A stretch of DNA of 64,000 bases from Alphaproteobacteria bacterium (GTDB lineage: Bacteria > Pseudomonadota > Alphaproteobacteria > RF32 > CAG-239). The stretch's first letter is position 1, and every line of letters begins with the position of its first letter. Both the position numbers and the translations under genes were made by a program. The stretch lies in contig JAFVFB010000034.1 of assembly GCA_017475705.1 (NCBI GenBank), positions 1,074-65,073 on the forward strand, read 5' to 3'. Below, piece by piece: positions 20,241-30,252 of the stretch. The notes under the pieces are model-generated. The model searched no databases and had not been told where the DNA came from. It worked only from the letters and a program-made list of their open reading frames with translations.

Positions 20241-22382
20241 ATGAAAAAATTTTTTAAGATTGTTTTGGTTTCATTTGTTGGTTTGATATTGCTGATAGGT
20301 ATTGCAGGATATGTTATACTTAAAATGGTTGATCTGAATCAGTATAAAGGGCTGATTGAAGAAAAAGTAACTGCGGCAACGGGGCGAGAACTTAAGATAG
20401 GAAATATTGCTATCAAAGCATCTTTTAGCCCGACGGTTGAACTACAAAATGTTTCTTTTGCTAATGCTCCTTGGTCTAAAAACAAGGAAATGGCTCATAT
20501 CGGAGCAATAGATGTGGGCGTGGCATTGTTTCCATTAATACATGGCAGCTATGTTGTTAATAAATTTATTATCGCAAATGCTCTGATTAATTTGGAGGAG
20601 AATCCGAATGGTGAGCCAAATTGGGTGTTTGAAGCTACACAAAGTAATACTCTTCCGGTTAAAGGGGAAAAAGCTGCGTTTGACTTTAGTCTTATTGCAG
20701 AAGCGCATGCTGAAGAGGTAATACCGGTTGCTCAAGATAATACGATGGATATTCTGAAAAAATTAATCATAAGACGGATTGTTTTGGATAATGTTAAAAT
20801 TAATTATACAGATAAAACCGCTAAAACTCAGAGTTATGATATTAAAAATGTTGTTTTGGATGAAAACAAAGATGGAAATATCGATTTTGATTTTAATGTT
20901 AATGACGGCCTATATAGCGGAAAGGGAACGGTTGGTGCTTTGAAGCTTTTAGATGCTGAAGCAGGATATCCTGTTAAGGCTGATGTAAATGTGATGGGTA
21001 TAAATGTGGTGGCAGATGCAACATTGTTTGAAGTACTGAAAAGTTTGCGTTTTGATGGTCGCGTTAAAGCTAAAGGCTTTTTGGGTAAAGGTAGCTCTTA
21101 TGATGAGTCGATTGATGTATCGGCTAAAGGAGATTTGAAAAAAATAAATGCTGTTCTTAATAGTGTTAAAATAGCGGATAATGTTATTACCGGTAAGGTT
21201 AATGCTAATCTTGAAAACAAGGTTCCTGCAATAACAGCAACTTTACAATCCGATAAAATTGATATTGCGTCTTTTGCTCCGAAAGAAATAAAATCAACAT
21301 GGCAGATTTCTTTGATTGCAGAAGCGCAGGCCACAACGATGGTTCCGGCAGATAAAATACCATATGAGGTATTATCATTGGTTAATGCTGATGCTGATAT
21401 TAATGTTGCGCAGATTGTTAATAAAAAAGCGGTTATTGCAGAAAATATGGTTGCTAATATTAAGGTTAGTAATGGTGAGGCTGTGTTAAAAATTATTAGT
21501 GGGACTCTGGCCGGAGGTGATGTTAAGGCTAATGCTGCTTTGAGTGCTAGCACAAAGTCTTTAGGCGTAACTACTGATATGATTAAGGTTAATCTGCTGC
21601 AATTATTACAGGCTCTGGGAGCACAATCTGATGCGTTTAATTTTGTTAACGGTAGTGCTACAGATTTGTATGTTAAACTTAATGGCAATGGTAATACCTA
21701 TGCTTCTGTGGTTGAAAGTTTGAAAGGGCAGGTGTCATTGATTATTGATAAATCTGAACTGCATTTAGGTAATATCGGCATGATAAAGGGTAACATTATC
21801 TCTCAATTATTTAATACCTTAAATTTAACGAAAGGAAATGATAATTTGAATATGAATTGTGCTGTTGTTCGGGCTGATTTTAATGATGGGAAAGCTAATT
21901 TCCCTAATGGTATTGTCATTAATGCGGATAAATTTACGGTGGTTGCCAATGGTGATATTAATCTCAAAAATGATAAAATTAGTTTTGGGGTAAAACCGTT
22001 TGGTGGTAAAATTACTGATACAAATATTGCTAAGGCCTTGTCTTCTTTGGTTAAATTAACAGGTACTCTACAAAAGCCAAGTATTGGTGTTGATACGGCA
22101 AATGTAGTTAAAAATGTTGTTGGTGCCACCATGACTGGTCCGGTTTATTTAGGGGCACAGATGGTTATGGAAGCAGATAGCTCTCCTTGCTACACGGCTC
22201 TTAAAGGGACAGGATTTGAAACCAGATTTCCTAAGTCTAATAATGTTGCAAAATCTACTAGCGGTGATGTTGGTAGAGTATTAGATGGCAGTGTTGATAT
22301 GGTGAAAGATACGGCCAAAGGATTGCTTAATATGCTTTCTGGTAAGTCCGGCAAACAAACAAAGGCACCAGATGCACAGTAG
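20241..22382 (+). CDS. AsmA family outer-membrane biogenesis protein
   Basis: 713 aa with an N-terminal TM anchor. The AsmA-like N-terminus is KMVDLNQYKGLIEEKVTAATGRELKIGNI, followed by a long beta-rich body. Confidence 0.7.
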   Translation: MKKFFKIVLVSFVGLILLIGIAGYVILKMVDLNQYKGLIEEKVTAATGRELKIGNIAIKASFSPTVELQNVSFANAPWSKNKEMAHIGAIDVGVALFPLIHGSYVVNKFIIANALINLEENPNGEPNWVFEATQSNTLPVKGEKAAFDFSLIAEAHAEEVIPVAQDNTMDILKKLIIRRIVLDNVKINYTDKTAKTQSYDIKNVVLDENKDGNIDFDFNVNDGLYSGKGTVGALKLLDAEAGYPVKADVNVMGINVVADATLFEVLKSLRFDGRVKAKGFLGKGSSYDESIDVSAKGDLKKINAVLNSVKIADNVITGKVNANLENKVPAITATLQSDKIDIASFAPKEIKSTWQISLIAEAQATTMVPADKIPYEVLSLVNADADINVAQIVNKKAVIAENMVANIKVSNGEAVLKIISGTLAGGDVKANAALSASTKSLGVTTDMIKVNLLQLLQALGAQSDAFNFVNGSATDLYVKLNGNGNTYASVVESLKGQVSLIIDKSELHLGNIGMIKGNIISQLFNTLNLTKGNDNLNMNCAVVRADFNDGKANFPNGIVINADKFTVVANGDINLKNDKISFGVKPFGGKITDTNIAKALSSLVKLTGTLQKPSIGVDTANVVKNVVGATMTGPVYLGAQMVMEADSSPCYTALKGTGFETRFPKSNNVAKSTSGDVGRVLDGSVDMVKDTAKGLLNMLSGKSGKQTKAPDAQ

Positions 22383-22845
22383 ACAAGAAGTTTTAGCAAA
22401 ATTATCTAAAATGCAAGAGAGCGAGCTGATTGATAGGCTCGTCTCTTTTGTGTCTACGGATACGATTTTGTTTTTGCCTGATTCTGCTGAAGCTCGAAAA
22501 GCAGTTGCTATTGTCAATCGGATTTTGCGAACAAAGTTTGTTATTAGTGAAGGAATTGAGGTCTTAGAAGGTAATTCGTTGCAAAGTAGTCAGGTTAAAA
22601 AATATTTAGAGCAGGTGTCATTTGATAAGTTAGCGTTAGTTTACTTAACAGCTATGGAATTGCGGTCAGTTTTATTAGGTATTTTGTTTGCAGAAAAAGG
22701 CATAGGCATTGAAGATGCGTTTGCTTGTGCCTTTTATGAGGAGCTAAGCCAGCAACATTGTTGGGGCTGTTTGCCGGAAATATTGCAAAAACAACAAAGT
22801 ATTAAAAATCGGCTTAAACTTGTGCAGGAGTGGTTTGGTGCGTGA
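22372..22845 (+). CDS. ATP12-family (F1-ATPase assembly chaperone)-like protein, apparently only the C-terminal half
   Basis: 157 aa. My recollection of alphaproteobacterial ATP12 proteins matches only their C-terminal part (...STDTILF..., ...ELRSVLLGILFAEKGIGIEDAF..., ...E..SQQHCWG). The start overlaps the asmA end, so no room is left for the N-terminal half. Confidence 0.35.
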   Translation: MHSRQEVLAKLSKMQESELIDRLVSFVSTDTILFLPDSAEARKAVAIVNRILRTKFVISEGIEVLEGNSLQSSQVKKYLEQVSFDKLALVYLTAMELRSVLLGILFAEKGIGIEDAFACAFYEELSQQHCWGCLPEILQKQQSIKNRLKLVQEWFGA

Positions 22846-23125
22846 AGTTTATATAAAAATTGAGGGGCGTGTGCAAGGTATAGGATATCGTCGTTGGGCT
22901 GTTCGTAAAGCACTTGAAATTGGGAATATTTCAGGTTGGGTACGTAATGAAGATGATGGTAGTGTCGAGATTTTGATGAATGGTGAAGATGAGGCTATTG
23001 AGCAAATGATTCAAGCTTGTTATCAAGGGCCGATGTTTGCGCGTGTTGATAAAATAAGTTTTGTATCGAAAGTACAAAATTTTTTTCTACCTCCAATTAA
23101 AGAAGGTATTTTTTGTTATATTTAA
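22838..23125 (+). CDS. acyP: Acylphosphatase
   Basis: (M)REVYIKIEGRVQGIGYRRWAVRKALEIGNISGWVRNEDDGSVEI is the canonical acylphosphatase signature. The start is uncertain: GTG 22838, TTG 22835 or TTG 22820. Confidence 0.85.
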   Translation: MREVYIKIEGRVQGIGYRRWAVRKALEIGNISGWVRNEDDGSVEILMNGEDEAIEQMIQACYQGPMFARVDKISFVSKVQNFFLPPIKEGIFCYI

Positions 23126-23209
23126 AACGTAAATCTAGGGTTGGATTTATTGTTTCTGGCTAATTTAGGCTTATTTCTTCTTTGGTATTGATAAAAAGGA
23201 GAATGAAAT

Positions 23210-23485
23210 ATGCTGGTTCATAAAACATTAGAAAATGCCCGAAATTGTAAATGTTTGCAATGCCCTTCCTATACGACAACATGCAAAATTAGAAATAAAA
23301 TGTCAGATCATACGGATGTGCTGCATCGTTTGAATGATGCGCATTGGGAATTACTTTTTTGTGCGTTTGAAAAAAGTAATTGCATACATGAAAATAGAGG
23401 ATGTCTTTGTTCTAGCTGTGCGGTGCATAAAAAATATGCCTTAAATAATGAAGATTATTGTTTGCATAGCGGTGGTGTCGTTTAA
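23210..23485 (+). CDS. Small cysteine-rich protein, DUF2769-like
   Basis: The Cys pattern is CKCLQCPSY..TC ... LLFCAFEKSNCIHENRGCLCSSCAV ... YC.HSG. This matches my recollection of the DUF2769 family pattern and has not been searched. Confidence 0.45.
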   Translation: MLVHKTLENARNCKCLQCPSYTTTCKIRNKMSDHTDVLHRLNDAHWELLFCAFEKSNCIHENRGCLCSSCAVHKKYALNNEDYCLHSGGVV

Positions 23486-23508
23486 TTATTGTTAAGCGGA
23501 GTTTTGGG

Positions 23509-24177
23509 ATGTTGAAAAGTGATGTGGCAACCTCTAGCGGTCGTTGGGAAAAGCACTTTCTGCATTTATATAAAATTGTCCATGAACGCGAGAGGTATCT
23601 AAGTAACGAAGCAAAGGTGGTGCAATATGGTGCTGTATTGCGCTATTTTTTAAAATTTTTAGGGCATGATGACAGACATTCGTTGCGTGTCAATTTGGTT
23701 TTATATTATATTTTTACTAAACTTGGAGATATTTACTATAAAGAGGGTTTACAAAATCAAGATAATGGTAGATATTTTTTAGCAGCGGAATATTATAATG
23801 AAGCTTTGCAATTTGCACGGCGTCTTGATGACAAACGGCATGTGTTGGCGGTTTTAAAAGAAATATATTATTATTTAGGTGATGAGGATGCATGTTTGAA
23901 AATAGAAAAAAATTGGGCGGAAAATCATCAACCAAAAGATAAATTTGCAGCGTATATGTTGCTGGCGCAAAATTCTGATAAGCCGCAAATTAAGGCTTGC
24001 TTTTTGGCTCAAGCTCTAGAAATGGTGATGGCGCAAGAAGAAAGTTTTTATACAAAATATCAGAATACGCTAGATGTCTGTAGCCAACTATCTGTTTTGT
24101 ATGAATTATTAGGAGAAAAAGATAATGCGAATCATGTAAAAGTTTTGCGTGATGATACTTTGAAACTATTGAATTAG
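23509..24177 (+). CDS. Hypothetical protein, helical and TPR-like
   Basis: 222 aa. Repeated Y/L/A-rich helical hairpin segments such as LGDIYYKEGLQ..., AAEYYNEALQFARRL and LKEIYYYLGDED. Confidence 0.4.
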   Translation: MLKSDVATSSGRWEKHFLHLYKIVHERERYLSNEAKVVQYGAVLRYFLKFLGHDDRHSLRVNLVLYYIFTKLGDIYYKEGLQNQDNGRYFLAAEYYNEALQFARRLDDKRHVLAVLKEIYYYLGDEDACLKIEKNWAENHQPKDKFAAYMLLAQNSDKPQIKACFLAQALEMVMAQEESFYTKYQNTLDVCSQLSVLYELLGEKDNANHVKVLRDDTLKLLN

Positions 24178-24186
24178 GAGAGACTT

Positions 24187-25125
24187 ATGGCACTATATAC
24201 AACTGATTTACTTATTTTGGGTTCCGGTCCTGCTGGGTATACTGCGGCAATTTATGCTGTACGTGCTGGTGTGGATGTAACAATTGTTTCTGGAAATCAA
24301 GAAGGCGGTCAGTTAACTATGACATCAACAATTGAAAATTTTCCCGGTTTTGAAGAAATTAGTGGGTTTGAGTTGATGGAAAAGATGAAACAACAGGCAA
24401 TTAAGCTTGGTGCTAAATTTATTAATGATCATATTGTTGAGGTTGATTTTGCTCATCGTCCATTTATATGCAGTTCAGAAAATGGTCATTCCTATAAAGC
24501 TAAAGCGGTTATTGTGGCAACAGGTTCTTCTGCAAAATGGTTAAATTTGCCTTCTGAAAAGAAATATTTAGGGTATGGTGTTTCAGCTTGTGCAACTTGC
24601 GATGGCTTCTTCTATCGTAATCGTACGGTTGTGGTTGTGGGCGGTGGTAATTCCGCGGTCGCAGAGGCTCTTTATTTGGCAACTTTGGCTGAAAAAGTGA
24701 TACTTGTTCATCGCCGTCATAAATTAAGAGCAGATAAGATTTTGCAAGATAGAGTTTTTGAGAACCGTAAAATCACGGTGGAATGGGATAGTGTCGTGGA
24801 AGAAATTTTAGGTGCCGAAGAACCTAAAAAAGTTACCGGTATTCGCATTCGAAATGTCGAAACTGATGCTGTGCGTGAAATTAGTGCTGATGGGGTGTTT
24901 GTTGCAGTTGGACATCAACCAAATACAGATATTTTTAGAGGAAATCTTGTTTTGGATAGCAAAGGATATATCGTTACACATGAAAATAGTTCAGCGACAG
25001 ATGTGGAGGGTGTGTTTGCTGCTGGTGATGTTAAAGATCCGAAATATAAGCAAGCGGTTATTTCAGCTGGAAGTGGGGCAATTGCAGCGATGGATGCTAT
25101 TAACTATCTGGATACAGTTGCTTAG
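24187..25125 (+). CDS. trxB: Thioredoxin-disulfide reductase
   Basis: GSGPAGYTAAIYA is the FAD motif, CATCDG is the redox-active CxxC, GGGNSAVAEA is the NADPH motif, and GVFAAGDV is also present. Confidence 0.95.
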   Translation: MALYTTDLLILGSGPAGYTAAIYAVRAGVDVTIVSGNQEGGQLTMTSTIENFPGFEEISGFELMEKMKQQAIKLGAKFINDHIVEVDFAHRPFICSSENGHSYKAKAVIVATGSSAKWLNLPSEKKYLGYGVSACATCDGFFYRNRTVVVVGGGNSAVAEALYLATLAEKVILVHRRHKLRADKILQDRVFENRKITVEWDSVVEEILGAEEPKKVTGIRIRNVETDAVREISADGVFVAVGHQPNTDIFRGNLVLDSKGYIVTHENSSATDVEGVFAAGDVKDPKYKQAVISAGSGAIAAMDAINYLDTVA

Positions 25126-25215
25126 GTATCGTTTGCGGTTTTGTGCGGATGTTTCGTAATTTTTTGTTGTCAGACTGATTATCTGCCGCTAAGCTTTTGT
25201 AACAGGAGGGAGATA

Positions 25216-27069
25216 ATGTCTATACGTTTATTGCCATCAAATTTAATAAATCAAATTGCAGCAGGGGAAGTTATTGAACGTCCGGCATCGGTTATTAAAG
25301 AATTGGTGGAAAATTCTTTAGATGCCGGAGCAACACAAATTAAAATTTCACTTAAAGCCGGCGGTAAGACGCTGATTATAGTGGAAGATAATGGTGCCGG
25401 TATGTCTGCTGATGATTTAGACTTGGCGGTTGAACGTCATGCTACATCAAAATTACCTACAAATGATTTGTTTGATATTCAATTTATGGGGTTTAGAGGT
25501 GAGGCCTTGCCTTCTATTGCGTCTGTTTCTAAAATGACGATTATAACCAGACGAGAGGAGGATGCAGAAAATGGCTGGTCTATTTCTGTCAAAGGCGGAG
25601 ATAAAGAGGATATTATTCCGGTTTCTTGTTCTAAAGGTACACGGATTGAGGTTTGTGATTTATTTTATGCAACGCCGGCTCGTTTGAAATTCTTGAAAAC
25701 AGATAGTGCTGAGACAGGCGCTTGTGTAGATATTTTAAGCAGGATAGCTCTGGCTCATCCAAATGTCTCTTTTTATTTGTATGCAGATGATAAAAAGAAA
25801 CTCGCACTTGATGCGTCAAGTGGGGATTTATTTGATATGCGACTACAGAGGGCCGCGGCGGTTTTAGGGCGTGATTTTGCAGAGAATTCTATGCCTGTTT
25901 TAGGCGAACGGGATGGAATGAAATTTTCTGGTTTAATTAGTTTGCCAACGTATAACAAAGCCAATTCGCTTTCTCAGTATCTGTTTGTTAATAATCGTCC
26001 GGTGCGTGATAAATTGTTGCTTGGGGCCTTAAAAGGCGCTTACAGTGGCGTGCTTGAAAATTCCCGTTACCCGGCTTGCGCGTTGTTTTTGGAAGTTGAC
26101 CCTATGCGCGTTGATGTTAATGTCCATCCGACTAAGGCTGAGGTTAGGTTTTATGATCAGCAAGGGGTGCGTTCTTTAGTTGTTGGTGTTATTAGACAAG
26201 CTTTATTGGAGGGGGATAACCGGAGTTCTCAGACAGGAGCGCAAGAGTTTATGGCACGACTAGAAACACAAGTTGCTAATTATTCTGCTGTGAAACAATC
26301 TTCGCCGATGGCTTTTCGAGAAAAAGCACCTGTTATGCCCAATTCTGATGCTCTTTTTTCTTCATTGCAATCTTTTCAGTCGCGTCTTCCTCGCCCTGCA
26401 GCATCTCGTTCATCTTCTAGGCTCTTGCCTGATTTTGAGTACCAGCACTCTGTGCGTGTGGAAGAACCTAAAGTTGAAGATGTAGCGGAGGCTGGGCCTC
26501 TGGGGGTTGCAAAAGCACAATTTCATGATACATATATTTTGGCACAGGCTGATGATGCTCTGATTTTAATTGATCAACATGCAGCACATGAGCGAATAGT
26601 GCTTGAAAAAATAAAAGCAGCTATGTCTGCTGGAGAAAAGTTACCTTCGCAATTGTTACTGTTGCCGGAAGTTGTTGACTTGTCTCTTACGCAAAAGGCT
26701 GCACTATGCGGAGAATTTGATACCCTTTCAAAATTAGGATTGGTTATGAAAGATTTTGGTGCTGGTGTGGTGGTTACAGAAGTTCCAGCCTTGCTAAAAG
26801 ATGCGCCAATTAAAAAACTGGTAGTCGATTTAGCAGATGAAATGGCAGAATGGGGGGGGACTACAGTTGTCGAAGATAAAATTAACCATATTGCTGCAAC
26901 GATGGCTTGCCATGGTTCTGTGCGCGCCGGGCGGCGTTTAAATATTGATGAGATGAATCATCTGTTGCGTGAAATGGAGCGTACACCGCATGCTGCTCAA
27001 TGTAACCATGGTAGACCGACATATGTACGTCTTGATGTTAAGGATCTTGAACATCTTTTTCATCGATGA
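25216..27069 (+). CDS. mutL: DNA mismatch repair protein MutL
   Basis: MSIRLLPSNLINQIAAGEVIERPASVIKELVENSLDAG... is the GHKL N-terminus, and the C-terminal dimerisation domain is present. The ATG at 25216 follows AGGAGGGAGATA. The track's 25141 start adds an implausible Cys-rich leader. Confidence 0.95.
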   Translation: MSIRLLPSNLINQIAAGEVIERPASVIKELVENSLDAGATQIKISLKAGGKTLIIVEDNGAGMSADDLDLAVERHATSKLPTNDLFDIQFMGFRGEALPSIASVSKMTIITRREEDAENGWSISVKGGDKEDIIPVSCSKGTRIEVCDLFYATPARLKFLKTDSAETGACVDILSRIALAHPNVSFYLYADDKKKLALDASSGDLFDMRLQRAAAVLGRDFAENSMPVLGERDGMKFSGLISLPTYNKANSLSQYLFVNNRPVRDKLLLGALKGAYSGVLENSRYPACALFLEVDPMRVDVNVHPTKAEVRFYDQQGVRSLVVGVIRQALLEGDNRSSQTGAQEFMARLETQVANYSAVKQSSPMAFREKAPVMPNSDALFSSLQSFQSRLPRPAASRSSSRLLPDFEYQHSVRVEEPKVEDVAEAGPLGVAKAQFHDTYILAQADDALILIDQHAAHERIVLEKIKAAMSAGEKLPSQLLLLPEVVDLSLTQKAALCGEFDTLSKLGLVMKDFGAGVVVTEVPALLKDAPIKKLVVDLADEMAEWGGTTVVEDKINHIAATMACHGSVRAGRRLNIDEMNHLLREMERTPHAAQCNHGRPTYVRLDVKDLEHLFHR

Positions 27070-27072
27070 TTT

Positions 27073-28503
27073 GTGATCAATATACGATTAAGGGTAATTG
27101 CCAGAATGTTTTTGCAACCAAATAAAATCACCATATCGTTGTTTTGCTGTTGTCTAATCGGGATTTTTTTGACCTTTGTGCTAAGTAGTACGATATCAGT
27201 TGATAGTATGGAGCATCTTCGTGCTAGTTATCTTGTGAGTATCGGGGAAGTTCCTTATCGAGATTTTTTTGAGCATCATCATCCTTTGTTATGGTATCTA
27301 TGGGCTCCTTTTATGAAAATTTTGCCGCATCATGCTATATTGGTATATTATAGTGCTAAGGCGGTGGCTTTATCCTGTTTTGGTTTGATTTTATGGATAA
27401 TTTATCAAATTTTGAAGAAATTTTTAGATGGTGCTGTTTTATTTTTTCCGTTTTTATTGGTGCTTTTTTCTTTTTTCCCCATTTGGTATGGCTCATCAAT
27501 GTTTAAGCCTGATGTTTTTGCGCAATTGTGTTATTTTTTGGGATTGTATTTGTTTTTTGCGTATATTACCCATCGAAAAGCGTATTTGTTGATTTGGAGT
27601 TGTATTGCTTTCTGTTTTTCTTTTATGTTTTTGCAGACATTTATTTTTAATATTGTTCCAATTAGTTTGGTGGCGTTGGTCTTTTTCTATAAGGATAAAG
27701 CTTTTTGGTGGCATATTGGGTTAGCCTTGATGATTTGTGGAGTTATATTGGCTATTTGCTGTTATATCTTATACCATAGTGGAGCGTTGTTGCCATACAT
27801 GCAGCAAAATTGGTTGCTTAATTCTCATTTATCTTTGTTACTTTGTGAGCGTCATTCTGTTTTGTGGTATTGGATATTACCTTTTTTGGCGGCAGGAAGT
27901 GTTTTCTTTTGGTTATACAAACAGGAGAATATTTATTGGAAGATTATTGGTTTTTTGTTTATTTGCGAATTATTGCGCCAATGCTGTTTTTTAGCAGCTT
28001 TTCCGCATTACTTAATTGTGCTGTTTATATATACTTCGTTGCTGATTGCTTATTTGTTGGTTCGTTTAAAAGATAGATTATGGCAGATATATGCTTATAT
28101 TTTTTTATTTGGTAGTTTGTGTTTTAATTATTTTGTGCTTTATGCCACATATAATCCTTCTTTTTTAACAATCTACGCAAAAATAAATCAATCTTCGGGA
28201 AATCTGGTTACGGGAGCGCCATATAATATTTATGCGCCTAGGGGGGATTTTTATACATGTTGTGCTTTAGATATGGCAATGTTGGATAATTATTTGTTTA
28301 ATCGGTATCCAGATGTGGATTTCCGGGAAATCATTGTAAAGGAAAAAGTTAAATATCTCCATTTTGTGCCAATAAGAAAATGTGCTCTAGTGGGCAAGGA
28401 GCCAGAGAGATTTATTTTTTCTAAATCATTTTTGCACGGCTTGTCCAAAGATTTTCATCTCTTTTTTAAGGAAAAGGATTTCTTGCTTTGGGAAAGGCGA
28501 TAA
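27073..28503 (+). CDS. Polytopic membrane protein, putative GT-C type (PMT_2/ArnT-like) glycosyltransferase
   Basis: 476 aa with about 12 hydrophobic segments. The first loop, GEVPYRDFFEHHHPLLWYL, resembles GT-C family loop motifs. The start is 3 nt after the mutL stop, and an alternative ATG lies at 27106. Confidence 0.35.
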   Translation: MINIRLRVIARMFLQPNKITISLFCCCLIGIFLTFVLSSTISVDSMEHLRASYLVSIGEVPYRDFFEHHHPLLWYLWAPFMKILPHHAILVYYSAKAVALSCFGLILWIIYQILKKFLDGAVLFFPFLLVLFSFFPIWYGSSMFKPDVFAQLCYFLGLYLFFAYITHRKAYLLIWSCIAFCFSFMFLQTFIFNIVPISLVALVFFYKDKAFWWHIGLALMICGVILAICCYILYHSGALLPYMQQNWLLNSHLSLLLCERHSVLWYWILPFLAAGSVFFWLYKQENIYWKIIGFLFICELLRQCCFLAAFPHYLIVLFIYTSLLIAYLLVRLKDRLWQIYAYIFLFGSLCFNYFVLYATYNPSFLTIYAKINQSSGNLVTGAPYNIYAPRGDFYTCCALDMAMLDNYLFNRYPDVDFREIIVKEKVKYLHFVPIRKCALVGKEPERFIFSKSFLHGLSKDFHLFFKEKDFLLWERR

Positions 28504-28508
28504 TGGCA

Positions 28509-29621
28509 CTATACGTTGAATAGGAAATTCATTAAATCGCCATCTTGTACAATATAGTCTTTTCCCTCAGAACGCATTTTTCCAGCTTCTTTACAGCCTT
28601 GTTCCCCATTGTATTTGATATAATCTTCATATGAAATCGTTTCTGCGCGGATAAAACCTCTTTCAAAATCTGAGTGGATGATTCCTGCGCATTGAGGTGC
28701 TTTTGAGCCTTTTAAAAATGTCCAAGCACGTACTTCTTTGGGACCAGCCGTAAAATACGTTTCTAGTCCTAAAAGGTCATAACCGGCTTTAATAATTTTG
28801 GTTAGTCCGGTTTCTTCTAATCCTAATGCTTGCAGAAATTCTTGTTTTTCTTCTTCACTATCGAGTTGAGCAACTTCTGATTCTATTGCGGCTGAAATAA
28901 TTACCGCTTTAGCTCCTTCTTTTTCAGCTTTTTTGAAAACTTGTTGGGAGAAATTATTTCCAGTAGCTGCGCTGTCTTCATCAACGTTACAAACGTAGAG
29001 TACCGGTTTGGAGGTTAATAATTGCATCATTTGGTATTGTTTATAGGCATCTTTATCCTCAGGAGAAGGGGCAGCTGTGCGGGCGGGTTTTCCTTCGCGC
29101 AGTGCGTTTATAATCGGTTCCATAACGCGTGCGCGGACGGCGGCTTCTTTATCCCCGCCAGTTTGAGCTTTCTTTTTGGTTTGTTCAAAGCGTTTTTCTA
29201 AAGATTCTAAATCTGCAATCATCAGCTCTGTTTCGACGATTTCTGCATCGCGAATCGGATCTACAGTGCCTTCAACATGTGTAATATTACTATCTTCGAA
29301 ACAACGTAAAACGTGGATGATGGCATCTGTTTCACGAATATTGGCCAAGAATTGATTTCCAAGGCCTTCACCCTTTGATGCTCCTTTTACCAGTCCTGCG
29401 ATATCAACGAATTCAAGTTGCGTTGGAACGATATTTTTAGGGTGTACAATATCGGCTAATGTTTGTAGGCGTTTATCTGGTACAGCCACACGGCCGGTAT
29501 TTGGTTCTATGGTGCAAAATGGAAAATTTGCCGCTTGAGCAGCGATTGTTTGTGTTAAGGCATTAAATAATGTAGACTTACCAACATTTGGTAATCCGAC
29601 AATACCGCAATTAAAACCCAT
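28509..29621 (-). CDS. ychF: Redox-regulated ATPase YchF
   Basis: [23 protein letters not shown]..., [10 protein letters not shown] and the C-terminal TGS-like domain. Confidence 0.95.
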   Translation of the reverse strand: MGFNCGIVGLPNVGKSTLFNALTQTIAAQAANFPFCTIEPNTGRVAVPDKRLQTLADIVHPKNIVPTQLEFVDIAGLVKGASKGEGLGNQFLANIRETDAIIHVLRCFEDSNITHVEGTVDPIRDAEIVETELMIADLESLEKRFEQTKKKAQTGGDKEAAVRARVMEPIINALREGKPARTAAPSPEDKDAYKQYQMMQLLTSKPVLYVCNVDEDSAATGNNFSQQVFKKAEKEGAKAVIISAAIESEVAQLDSEEEKQEFLQALGLEETGLTKIIKAGYDLLGLETYFTAGPKEVRAWTFLKGSKAPQCAGIIHSDFERGFIRAETISYEDYIKYNGEQGCKEAGKMRSEGKDYIVQDGDLMNFLFNV

Positions 29622-29691
29622 TTTAGCACTCCTTTAATATTTATATTTTATATATGAGGCGGTTATAGGCGATATTTTTTTGTTTTGCAAT

Positions 29692-29723
29692 AAAAAAAGC
29701 AGTCAGAGCGATGCTCTGGCTGC
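29692..29723 (-). terminator. Rho-independent terminator after the 155-aa ORF
   Basis: GCAGTCAGAGC (29699-29709) pairs with GCTCTGGCTGC (29713-29723), with one mismatch (C-C). On the minus strand the stem is followed by a 7-T run. Confidence 0.7.
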
Positions 29724-29745
29724 TTTGCGTTTGTTTTTACTGGTC

Positions 29746-30213
29746 TTACTGGTCATAACCATTGGAACAGTATTTTTTTTCAAATACTTTTTCATAGGTT
29801 TGGGGATGAAGGCGCTCTATGATGTTTTTAGCTCTAGAACTCCATACTAACCCCTGACGGGTAAACTCTTTGATGAGGTTGTCAACATCTGCGCTGGCGA
29901 GAATGGTTTCAATCTCAAGCGGAAGTTTTCCATCGTAGATCTTCAGCATGACCATGCAATAGAGCCTGGCGAATTTCTGGTTTTGGTCGATTTGCCTAAG
30001 GGCTCCCCAGGAAAGATGCATTTCAGGAATGCTGTTTAAAAAGTCAGTCGTTTCTTCCGGTGAATATGCATCTGTGTGCTCTAATACCGCCGTCAATCTT
30101 TCGTTTCTGGCGGTATCTTCTTGCGCTTTCTTGCTCAAATAATCTGTCGCAGCTATTTGAGCAATCTCATCTAATGTTAAGGCCGGAGCCTCTTCTTTTG
30201 CGTACTTATCCAT
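29746..30213 (-). CDS. Hypothetical protein inserted between ychF and pth
   Basis: 155-aa ORF with its own terminator and no recognisable motifs. By eye it looks somewhat more G+C-rich than its neighbours. Confidence 0.5.
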   Translation of the reverse strand: MDKYAKEEAPALTLDEIAQIAATDYLSKKAQEDTARNERLTAVLEHTDAYSPEETTDFLNSIPEMHLSWGALRQIDQNQKFARLYCMVMLKIYDGKLPLEIETILASADVDNLIKEFTRQGLVWSSRAKNIIERLHPQTYEKVFEKKYCSNGYDQ

Positions 30214-30252
30214 AATTATAATTTTTTAAGTTATACAATAATTTTTTGAACT

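Noticed and set aside
21098-21688. A 196-aa minus-strand ORF inside asmA (also 21803-22132 and 20535-20735)
   Set aside because: It is antisense to a well-supported 713-aa AsmA-family gene. The translation is low-complexity (Ala/Leu/Ser/Thr-rich), which is typical of antisense frames.
25141-25215. The N-terminal extension of MutL (MCGCFVIFCCQTDYLPLSFCNRREI) implied by the track start
   Set aside because: It uses a TTG start with no RBS. The canonical MutL N-terminus MSIRLLP begins at the ATG at 25216, which is preceded by AGGAGGGAGATA.
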